From Lama guanicoe (lineage: Eukaryota): a stretch of 64,000 bases of DNA. The notes beneath the pieces are model-generated. The model ran no database searches. It saw only the letters and a list, made by a program, of their open reading frames with translations, and was not told the origin of the DNA. How positions within the stretch are numbered: position 1 is the first letter of the stretch; every line of letters starts with the position of its first letter. Positions 53,028 to 64,000 of the stretch are shown piece by piece. Both the position numbers and the translations under genes were made by a program. The stretch covers positions 7,817,422 through 7,881,421 of the forward strand of contig MU057356.1 of the NCBI GenBank assembly GCA_013239625.1, in the 5' to 3' direction.

Positions 53028-54664
53028 GGAAAGACTCTCCCTCCCCTCCTTCCTCAGCATCCACCCCCTGAAATATCCCTTCCATCCACCTTCCCTGAAC
53101 TGATCCCCCTTGATGATGCTAATCTCACAGATCATGAACCAGAAAAGAGCAGACGTCGGGGCAGGTGACAGGGCAAGCAGCCCCCCACTAGGGAAGCAGC
53201 AGCATGCTGTCTGGGGACAGTTCTAAGACATTCCCAGCAATGCTTTGTCTGCAAAATGCTCAGGCCCCTCTGCAAAAGGAGTGAAGGAAAAGATCAGTGC
53301 TTCTGAAGAGCCGGGGCCAAGGCTGGGCTTTGAGGTTGTCACAACTCAGATGTCCCCTGATGGCATCATCATGCAGAGAATGGCACTGGTCAGGCCCCTT
53401 CCTGGTACCTGGTGCCACAGAAGCCTCTGACCCATGAGCCTGCTTCCTGGGAACTAGTCTGGGGCCAAACAGGAGCCATTGGCTCTGCTCTCGAGGAAAC
53501 AGCAGCATCCCTGATGAAAGACAAGGCCTCCCTGATGAAGGTCCTTATAAGCAGGGGGTGGCCGTGGAAAAGAAGGGGAGTCATCTTCACCTCCAGCCAC
53601 AGGTCTCATGCAGAGCAATGTGCTGTTTCCCTCCTTCCTGGATTATTATTTGAAAAGCTTTATAATCATCATTTTTAAAGCAAATTAGATTCTGCTGTCG
53701 CCTTGGACTTGTTTTGAACCAGGCAGCCAAACCATTCATCACAGCTCAACCCAAATAATAGATATGCCATAAAATGTAAACTCACAGCCATTAAGGAAGC
53801 CGCAAAATGAGTTAACCCGGCTGTAAAGGCCCGATGCTCGGCCACTCGGAGCACATGGGATCAGTGGTTTTTCAAAGTCACAGGAGCTCTAAGCTGAATT
53901 CCCATCACTCTGGGAATAGATGTATGGTTCAGTGAATGTTAAATAGTAATTGAAATGAGACATAGAGGGACAACTTATTACCCAGAAATCAGTGGCATTA
54001 AAGAAACCTCACTAAAAGCTCAGACAGTAATATCTCAAACGTTTCAGCAACAATATTTTGGATTTAATTTTCAAAACTGGAGTTGGCAAAGGTTGAGACT
54101 TTAAAGTTGTATTTTTCAATTTCTGTTTTGCCAGGATCCTTGGGTACCAGGCAGGGTGGGGTCTGTGGGTGACTCCTGGCACATATTCGGTTGCTCTATT
54201 TAAGGATGGGTTTGGAGGCCTTTTCCCTGGAGAAGTGGATTGTGTTTACAAGATTTTAGTGTTTGAGCCAGGGAAGAGGGGACAGTCTCCCGAATGTCTT
54301 CTTATGCAGCTGACCTCACTGCAGCTGGGCTGGTGTTTGCCATTGTCTTCCACTGGCTGTTGGCAATGCCACCAGTCTCAGGGCTGGCAGCTGCCATGCC
54401 CAGTTGAGCTGGTTCATGGTGGGGCTGCACCCTCCTCCTGGCTCCGCAGGACAGGTGACCCTCCCCAGGAAAAGTTCCCTTAGCCGTGGAAGTCAGTTCA
54501 GCCTCTTTCTGTCAGAAGGAGCAAAGGTTGTGAATCACCCATCTCAGTACACTGATGGCAGTGAAATACGATGGTGGCCTCGCTCTCTTCCTCCATCTAT
54601 CACCCGAACATTCTCGTCAGGTTGCTTTTGGCTTTCCAAATCACAGGCTGATCTAGGAACTAAA

Positions 54665-54724
54665 GACACAGCGTCCTCTCGGAAGGCACGTTCCGACACA
54701 GCGTCCTCTTGGAATGTGCCTTCC
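54665..54724. repeat. 30-bp tandem duplication
   Basis: gacacagcgtcctctcggaaggcacgttcc / gacacagcgtcctcttggaatgtgccttcc. Confidence 0.85.
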
Positions 54725-56139
54725 ACCCTTCCTTCTGATCCCGCCCCACAAAAGCCACAGAACCAGTGGTCCCTGCTATGAGGCAGAGACCCGGGCTCCA
54801 GGGTCACTGGTGAGCAAGATGCATGCCAGCCCTGTCTGTTCATTGCCATAAATTAATCTAAAAGTTGCTCGCTTAAAAATCTTCTCAATAATGCATGTTT
54901 TGACACTTTTCTGGATGCTTGGGTTGGGATCATGGGAAAAACATGTTGTTTAAACAAGGATCTTTCTCTCACTCTAAATTCATTATAAGTTTCTTCTGCT
55001 TTTTAGAAAGATACTTGTCCTTTTAATTAATCCTATGAGAGCAATGTGCTGGGATGTGAAGGAAGGATTTGTGCAGCTAACAGTGCAGGATAAAGGGCTT
55101 CCCGTGTGAGCATTCCTGGATCACGGATACATAGTGTGCAGGAGGAGAACCCGTGTCAGGAGGTCAGCAGGGAGCTGACCGTGGGAGTCAGATGCCCTCT
55201 CCCTCAGATCCAGGCAAGCAGGAGGGAAAACAGTGATTTAATCTGACTATTGCAACACTTCTGTATCAAGGGCAACTCTGGAAAACAGAGGAGGTGGTCG
55301 CCTGGTGAACTTACAGCTGTTTTTCTGCCATTGTTGCTGCATAATGAAAGGATGGTGCAGCTTCACCTTGCAGGCCGTTATCCTCCAGAATGTATGATGC
55401 CTGCACAGACCAGACCCTGTGCCAGACACATTATCTTAAGTCAGCCCTCACAGCCACCCTGTGATGAACAGGATGGTAAAATAAAACAACGGCAGCTATC
55501 CCTCCCCGGGTCTGTCTAACTGCTTATCTGTGTGGGGTGAGTTCAGACAGGGAGCTCTGCTGGCGAGGACACTGCTTTACCTTGCTTCGTTCGGTTCCTG
55601 AGTTTGGGACAGGGAGGAGTGAAATTTCACATAGCATGGGGTTTATCCAGAATTTTACCTGTATCTATTTGGCTCTTGAGTTTTGGAGAGTAAAAGTTAC
55701 CTGTGCACTGGTTTCAGTGTCGGCTGAGGCTAAGTCTATCCTGTGATGACTCCCCTAACCCCAAAGGGAGAGAAGCTGGTTGCTTCACACAGGACTTGCA
55801 AATCAAGTGGCAGAAAAAACTGATTCACTGCCCTTGGTGTTTCATTTGCTCAAAGGCATACAACGGCTAAATTGGAGGCGCCAAACGAGGAATTAGAAAG
55901 TGAAAGACAGGAGCTATCTCACCACTCCCTCCCAAGGACAGAGGTGGAGGTGCTTTCTCCTCATCTCCAGTAGAGAGAGGGACTCCTAGGAGGCTTCGAC
56001 GTGAGCTTGCTATGTGGCCCTGCAGCCAAAGTGACTGTGCCATCTGAATGGTTTTTCACTTGTTAATATCGCTTTAGTTAGGAATGGACTCTTACTACTC
56101 AAGTCGCACAAAATGAAACCTAACATTTATCATATGTCA

Positions 56140-56270
56140 GCACTGTGTATTATGTCCCAGTTTTACAGATGGAAAAAAAACTGAAACTCAGAGAAGTTAG
56201 GTAGCTAACATAAGTCACACAGCCAGCAGGTAGGAGAACCAGAACTGAACCCAAATGCCTGATTCCAAAA
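56140..56270 (-). mobile_element. MIR SINE
   Basis: cccagttttacagatggaaaaaaaactgaaactcagagaagttagg...aagtcacacagccag...ctgaacccaaatgcctgattccaaa. Confidence 0.8.
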
Positions 56271-56489
56271 AAGTCTCATGCATATAAACATACTTTGCAA
56301 CTCATCAGCACTCTCTAGAAAGGAGATTCTCACTGTCCCCCACAATGGGTTTCCCTGAATTTCAAGTCCCAGTTCAATGGTCTCTTCCTCCAGGAAGTCT
56401 TCCTTAATTCTCTTCCCTCTACCAAAATCCATACACTTTTCTCTGTGTGCCAACGGTCCTGGGTTCATCTCTACACAGTAACAAGACTG

Positions 56490-56720
56490 TGGCCTGGTGG
56501 TTGAGTGTGGACTGAATCTGACCTGGTTCAAATCCTTGTTCTGCCATGTTACTAGCTGTGTGATCTTGGAAAGGTCATTACCAAGATTTAGCTGAGCTTC
56601 AAGTTCCTTATCTGTAAAATGCACATAATAACCACCACACAGGGTTACTCAGGACTAAATGAGATAATGCATGTAAAGTGATTAGAATGGTGCCTTGTAT
56701 ATGATAAGTGCTAAGTAGTC
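56490..56720 (+). mobile_element. MIR SINE, near full length
   Basis: gacctggttcaaatcc...tactagctgtgtgatcttgg...agttccttatctgtaaaatg...aaatgagataatgcatgtaaagtg.ttagaa.ggtgcct...taagtgct. Confidence 0.85.
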
Positions 56721-59700
56721 ACTAACCAGGCAGGTCAGTGATGGAGGTGAGACGGTGATGATGAAGATTTCTGTGTGTTCCCAGCCCCTCCCTCCCTGCC
56801 TCCATCACTCTTTGCCACATTATTGTCGTCCGGCCCACATTAGTCCACTGGCTTCATGAGGCCAGAAAATGTTATGCTCATGCCTAGCAGGGAGTCTGGT
56901 GCCTGAAAAGCGCTTGGGAAATCGTTGTGCAGTGAGAAGGATGAAGTATATGGAGAAATAAATACACCTGGCAAGCAGAGGGATCCAAACACAATGTGAC
57001 TGTCACCAAGGGTCCCAGAGGGCCTTTACCTGTCCCCAGGGGAAGCAAAGGAAGTACCTTGTTGGGGCCCCAAGCCGGGACTGCTGGTGGGGGAGCACCA
57101 GACAGGCCAGACCAAGCCAGAGGGCACCCTGGGGCTGCCCCAGCAGCCCAGAGTCCCTGATCTGCTGGAGGAGGGACTGGGCTGTGAGGTGAGCCCCTGA
57201 TGCCACGTGGGTCTAATGCTCCCTTAATGAAGACAAAGGTGTTTGTCCCATTGAGCTCATTCTGCTCCAGGGCCACTAACTGCCCTTGCGCCTCCTCAGG
57301 GTAAGTGTTCTGCTAGGTCTCCTGCTCACTGCCCACTTTCCTCCACCCCTGACAGCTGCGTGTGGAGATGAGGGCTCCGCTCAGCATTACTCCTCGGCCC
57401 ACAGCCACATCCCCAGTGGTGGCAGCAGACCCCACTGAGAGAGGTCCGGGCTCAGCCCCACAGCTCCTGCCCTCAGGAGGTCAGCCTTGCCCTCTCTGTG
57501 CAGAGCTGTGCACCTTGGGGAATAATTCGTTAGCACAGAATGTGGGTCTGCACTTCTCAGACTCTGGCACAGGCCCTGCTGGGCCTCCATGGCCACCTCC
57601 CTCCTGCCTGAGGCCACATCACAAAGCCGACACCTACAGAGGAGGACACAGCATGCGCTGCTGAAACTGAAACCTCTGGCAGCTTGAGGCCCCCACGCTG
57701 GGCCCTGCAGTCTGAGAGGCTGGCCTCTGGGTCAGAACCACTAAGCACTGAGATCCCAGCTCCCCGACTCAGGCCAGCTCCAGGAGAGGCAGCCGCACAT
57801 TACTGGAGCACGTGGGAAGACTGGCGTGTCTGCCCTGGTGCTGGTGTGGGCCAGGCTCGGAAAGCAGGGAGCATCTGGGCAGGGGCCGCACAGAGGCGCA
57901 CGTGGAGGGCAGGGTTCATTGAGGGGGCAGGCTGGCCACCAGAACATTCCAGAGGAGCCCAGCCAGGGCGGGGAGCCACGCATGAGAAAAGGTTCAGATG
58001 AAGATTGGGAGGATTAGAAGGAGGAAAATGTGAGGCCAACCAACACTCCCAGAGCCCACTCTGGGGCAAGCAGAGGACACAGTTGGACCCCCAGGCCCAA
58101 CCAGCGGTCAGCTTGTAGTCTGACAGCAGGTGGCTGGGAAAGAGAGCACCCACCAAATCAACAAAGTAGGGGCTAGGACAGAGAATCACTGGGAGCAGTC
58201 TTGGCAGGGAGGACCTCCTCTCCCCTGAGAGATTTTGGAAGGGACATTCGAGTGAGGCCTGAACACAGAGCTGGAGAAAACCAGACAGAGAGGGAGGAGA
58301 AAGGGTCCTGGACAGATAGGGTCAGGGTGTGGTCCTGAAAGGGCAACAGACTTGGGGTGAGTCAGGAGGCTGTCACGAGGGGGATGGCTGACCGGTGGGG
58401 CCTCAGAGGGCAGCACTCAGACAGAGGGACAAGGACAGGAGTAGGCCGACTTAGCATGGATCTGAGTGGCCTCGCCCAGCCATCTGTGCAGCCTGGCAGG
58501 AGCTGGAGGAAGTGGTAAGGCTCCCTTGCTGCAGGTGCACCAGCCCTAGCAAACCTTTGAAGTCCGTTTCACTTCAGATCTCCAGGTATGACTATCAGGA
58601 AAGTGAGCTACTGTCTAAGGCCTCAAGGAACTGATGCTCCAGTGCCTGAACGCTGTCCCTCCAGGCTCTCCCTTCTCCTTCTCCTTGCAGGCAGAAGCAC
58701 AGCTGAGGGCATGCTTGCCCCTCCAGCTGCCCCCAGCTATGCAGGAAAAGCCATTGGCAGCCCTTGATGCGGGGATATGGGGGCAGGGGGGTGTTCAATG
58801 TGTTCTTATCCATATGTGGAGTAGGGGTGGTATGCATCACCCTGTAGAGGGGTCAGTTCTGAGCCAGAACTGCTGCTGACCAGCCATCTTGCCCTCCACT
58901 CGTTTCTTCTTCTGGGAACTTTCAAACCCAGACCACCTCCTTCCCATCTCCAGTGGTTTGAGGTTAACAGCTGTATTGCTGGGCCCAGCACTTTCCAGCA
59001 TTGTCAAGTGCTTTCCGTTTTTAAAATTTCAGCTGGAAGCTGTCAATGGCCTCAGTGAAGAACAATTGAGTAGTAGAAAATGAACTAATTATAGGTTGTT
59101 ATTGAAAATCTATTATATACAAATTGCAAAGAAAACTCATTAAAACATGATGCTTTGGTGATTTTTTTTTAAACCCTTCTCTTGGAGGGAGAGGCAGGGG
59201 CAAGGGTTCTGGATACCTTGATCCTCACCGTTCTGGGGTGAGAACTCCCATCAGGGCTGCAGGGCAGGCTCTGGGTCAAGACATTCACATATCACCCAGC
59301 CCAGCTTGACATGATGCACCATGGGGAAACTTGAAGTTTTGCGTAGAACAGAGAGCTCTCTGAATGTTAGTAAATACTCAGAAATGGCTGCAGAGGAAAC
59401 AAAGAATTTCATTACAAAGATATAAAATGAGAACAATTTAGATGTCAGCTTTTTACCAGGATAGCACCTTATTGTCCTCATAAATCTCCGTGTTTTTGCA
59501 AAAGCTTTTGTGAGGATTTCAGAGGACCTAAATGTGCAGTGAAGCACTAAAGGGCGCATTGCTGAATTCTGAGCTTGCTCCCTGGGATTGGAGTACTGGA
59601 ATGGCTTGCGATGTGAGTGGGTGAGCTGTACAGAGCCCAGATCTCCAAGGGGCTCCTTAGATGCCAGGGCTACCTCCCAGGCTCCAGGCAGGAGCCCGGA

Positions 59701-61994
59701 AAGTGAGGTGAAGGCCAGGCAGGGGACCCCCGAGCCCTCTGTGTTCTCACCCTAGCAGCAGCACCTGAGTTTCAGTGTGGGTAGAGCCGGGGGTTGGTGT
59801 GGGCCCTGCAGCACCAGGAGACCCCCCCCCACAGTGCTCTAAGGTGTAGAGAAGGCCTATTGGATGTGTGTCTGAGAGGTACGCCCTCCCAAGCCTTTCC
59901 ACGCCCAGGAAACAGTGCTTGGAGCATATATCACTGTCCTCTGCCTTGTGGTCTTTCCTTCCTCTCCAGCCACTTTTATTCAGGCTCCGTGACAGTGCCC
60001 CCATGAGACCCCCCTCCACCTCTCTGTAGGCCCAGCTTGTGGGCTGGGCAGGAACAAGCAGAGGAGCAAGGGCTCTGCTCACACGGGCACAGCAACCACC
60101 TGGGTGGATAGCGTGGGGCCACTCTCAGGGCCAGGGGCACACACAGCCCAGCACCAGGGTGGCCCCTGGCAGGAGCAGCTGGAGAGCCAGGCCCTGGGCA
60201 CAGAGGGGGCCTGGATGGACAGAGGTAGGCGAGAAGGGAAGGGCAGGGGATGCCCCAAAGTAGGCAGTCGGTGGCACGTGAGGGGCCTGCTGGAGACCCC
60301 AGACCACAGGCCAGTGACCCATCGTAGGTTCCTTTGCATCTGCCACACCCGCTGGCTCTCCAGTCCTCCCCTTCTGTGACTGTTACTCAGCAACTCTCCA
60401 GCCCCAAAGGCTGAGGGTGCCTCCCCTGGCCCAGGGCACAGCCCCTCTGGACAGAGGACCGAGGGCAGGGAAGATGGCAGGCGGTTGACGTAGGAGCAGA
60501 GGCCAGACGGTAGCAGAAGGGACGAGGCAGTAGCAAATCGAGGAGGCAAAAAGGGCAAAGGAAGGTTGGGGCTGCCTCTGATGGCAGGCGAGTTTGTTAT
60601 TGCCAAAGGCATTTTGTTCTAACTGGAGAAAAAGGGAGCGGGAGAGAGAGAAGCCTAGAGCTTTCCATAAGGTGGATTTGCAGCCTGGTGTATGTCCTAG
60701 TGCTTGATAAACATTTGTTGAAAGGATTAAAGACCATGATAGATTTTTTTTTTCAATTATAGTAAAGAGACCAGGTGTTGGGATAGTTGTAGCCGTTCCT
60801 AGAGAGGACGAAGAACAGAGGCGGGAGTTGGCTGGTGGCGGAGGCCCTCCTAGCACCCTCACGTGGCACTAACCAGGGTGAGCGGCCCACCCTGGCTCCG
60901 CAGGGGTGTCGGGTCAGCTGGCAGAGACATGGCCTCAGCCGAGGCAGCACCCACCCGTGCCCTGCTTCACTCACCGCTCAGCTGGTGGAACTTATTTTTC
61001 CCCAGAAGTTGGCATTCCACCCTTAGATCCCCTCATAGCTACAGCATCTGACAAGTCCTTTCCAGTGCTTCCCGGAGGCCCCAGGCCAAGGAGTGGACTG
61101 GGATGAAAATGCCCTTTGCAGTGAAATGGGTGTCCCCACTGACAGAAACAGGTGTTCCAATTCTGGGCAGGCGGCAAGCCTCCTGACAGCCATGTACTCT
61201 GAGCCCCGAGTTCCTGTTTAGCTCGTACAGGGCTGAGCGGGCTCTTGAGCTCAGACCTTTGCCTCTGCTTCTGGAGGCCACTGTTGCTCTTGGACCCGTG
61301 GGATCCAGGCCGGTACTGGGACAAGCAACCTGTGTAACCAGCTTAGACCACAGACAGTCTCAGCAGAGGTCCAGGCAGGAAGCTAGTTTCGTTCTCCTCT
61401 GGGCAGACTTTCCAGTGAATCCTGAGGCTCCTCCTGCTGGTGGGCTGATGGAGAGAATGCGCTGAGGATCACTGACCCGTTGGGCCACCAGCACTAAGTG
61501 GCTTTCTGTGGCTCTTTAAACATGGAGCTCCTTGGCAGTGGTTTTCTGTTTCAGGCTTCAGCCAGAATTCCAAGTCCCCAGGCGCAACGTGGTTCCTCAC
61601 TCCTCCACGGTGCGGTCTGCCCAGGGGAGGTGGGAGGGAGGCTGGTGTGCGGGCTGTCTGTGAGCTGAGCCTTTGGAGAGCCACTCCTCCCCAGATGGCA
61701 TGGGCATCTGTCTTCAGACAGGTGCTTCAGGCACAACAACTGTTTGTACACTTGTCAGGATTGCGAATAATTGAATGCAGGTGAGAGTGGAAACAGGGCC
61801 CAGAGGACTCTGCCCCTCGGCAGGTGGCAGGCGGGCGGACCCCCTGAGTGCCTTCTCCGGTTCACTTGTCTTCGAGAAGCTCTCCAGCCTCTCCAGGTAG
61901 AGCCCCGCTGGCCAGGCGCTGACGGCTCTCTGGAGCGCGTGCTGCGTACCTAACGCCATGCCCACACCTGGTAGGGCCTCTCTCCCAACCCCAA

Positions 61995-62110
61995 ATTCTG
62001 AAGATAAAAAAACTGAAGCCCGGGAGGCTGGGGGCCTGCTAGGGGCCCACAGCTGCTAACATCGAGTCCCAGACAAAGCCAGGGCTGCAGATTCTAGACC
62101 TGAGCACTTA
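61995..62110 (-). mobile_element. MIR fragment
   Basis: agataaaaaaactgaagccc...cacagctgctaa...attctagacctgagc. Confidence 0.5.
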
Positions 62111-64000
62111 GGCACTGCCTACAGGCCCTGCTCTAGGCAGGACCCTTTGGAGTCTCCATTTCTACCCCCAGAGGCCAAGATCCCAAGGGACCCCCACTAT
62201 CTGTGACTCTGGCTCAGGGCAGAGGGAGGGATCAGTGAGGTCAAAACTGCTCTGAGGGCCATTTACCATGTGCTGCTGTAGAGGAAGGGCCTCTGCACCA
62301 CATGCTCCTAGATCCCAAAGTCTCTGTGCCCCACATGGTTTCAGACACATTTACCAGGTCCCTGTCCAATGACACCATGGAAAGAGCCCCTTAGGACTGG
62401 TGGGCTTCAGCCGCACAGGGGAAGTTGAAGCCCCAGAGAGCAGCCTGTCACTCAGAACAGACATCCCCATGCTCCCTGAGCAATCAGGTCTCCCCACAGG
62501 GGTGCTTTCCTTTCAAACCCCGAACCTATCAAATAGCAATCCCTTCTCAGCTCCCACAAATAAAAGCACTTCCAGAGCCTCCTCCTTTTAGGCCTGTCCA
62601 GTCCTAGTGTTGGTCCCAGTCTTCAAAAGTCCACCTCTGTGCAGTGGTGCCTAGAAATGTGCTGGTGCTCGACAGCAGGGTGGCTGGCGAACAACACTGC
62701 TGTTCATGGGTGTTCAGACCACCCCTCCCCCGGGGCACCTTGCTGACAACTGGACTCAGGCTGACAGCCGAGGAGGAACTCGCCAGGTTGAGTGCTGTTC
62801 AGGCAGCAGCTGCATTGGACCACATGTGGGGCCACCATCACCCAGCACACAGGGCACGATGGGGGATTTTAGGGTCAGTGGAGGCTGCCCATGACTGGCT
62901 TAGACAGGACCAATGGTGAGTCTGAAGCTGGACAGGAAAGGACTAGAGGTCAAACAGGGCATGGAGAAAGCTCTTGAGGCTACCCAGGGCCCAGCCAGCC
63001 CTCACACCTGGGGTGCTGATTGGACAAGTGGACTCAGTGACCCTCTCTCTCTGTGAAGACAGTGGTGGTCATGTCTCCTGGGCCACATCCGCCACCCTGG
63101 TGGGAATGGGGTAGGTGGGGGGTAAAGGCTGAATCAGGGGTCCTGACCGTGCCTGCAGTGGTGCAGTCCTGTCCCTCCTGGGAACTCAGACGTCCTGAGG
63201 GTTAATACACGTACAGATTTCACGTCCTGTGGCATGGTGGGCAGTGGATGAATCATTTCCTGATGAAGCTCAAGGCTTTCAGGTTGGAGGAGAAACAGAA
63301 AACATGAAATATTCACAGGCATGGGGTTGGCTGTAAGGAAAACAGAGATTTGGAAAGAGAGCAGAAGGGGTCACACCTACAGGAAGCCCCGGGAGGCAAC
63401 CTGGCGTACCTTAGCCTGAACACAAAGGTCAGGTCTGCCCCATGGTTTTTCAAGCTGACTGTGTCCTACAGTTAGAAGTTCTGCTAGTGTTTCCTGGAGT
63501 TTCAGCTCCCCCAGCCCCACAATCACTTCAGCCAGAGATACATTCACCCTTTCCCAGACGGGAGGGGAGGCAGTGGGAGACCTTCTAAGTGCTGCTGGTG
63601 TAGCGTCTAAGCGAGCAGCAGCTTCTGCTGAGTGGAGAAACAGTCGGTAGCTACATCTAATCGGAGAGGAATGCCAATGTGCTTGCACTTTGAATGTTTT
63701 CCTTGTGTTCTCTAAATTAACAATGAAGGTGTGGGCTCAGCGGGCTCCCGGTCCCCTGCAGTCAGCCCTCCATCATTCAGAGGCTGACTGTTCACTTCGG
63801 ATTATTCATGCTCGGATTCCTGGCAGCCTCCCTGCCTCCCTGCCTACCAGCCACCACCCGGTTAGAGTTTGAAAGCAGCCCTTGTGAAGGGGAAGCAGAG
63901 ACAGAAGGAGGGAAAACTCAAAGCAGCTTGATGTGCTGCTGATTAATGGCTCTGGGCAGCAGTGGTTTTGGAGAGGAGAGCGGAACCAGGGTTAAATGGA

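Overview
This is mammalian genomic DNA: GC-rich, CpG-depleted and scattered with old eutherian repeats. It lies inside the FSTL4 (follistatin-like 4) gene on the + strand. Only two coding exons are present, 48442-48635 (194 nt) and 51224-51347 (124 nt), which together encode the EF-hand pair. From memory they correspond to human exons 5 and 6. The rest is intron: more than 48 kb upstream, 2.6 kb between the exons and more than 12.6 kb downstream. The introns carry L1, HAL1, L2, MIR, MaLR/ERVL LTRs, hAT elements and simple repeats. I saw no Alu, B1, Bov-A, PRE1 or Can-SINE, and the young L1 3' ends look cetartiodactyl, probably camelid (inference). Nearly all entries in the ORF track are spurious. 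I found no convincing new multi-gene system. The most interesting signals are a candidate in-frame 30-nt micro-exon / near-recursive splice site at 57271-57306, a 190-bp microhomology-bounded local duplication (17177-17366 and 18383-18572), and the exon pair forming a symmetric, stop-free 318-nt module that would give an endless ORF if circularised. Repeat subfamily names and boundaries are by eye and approximate.
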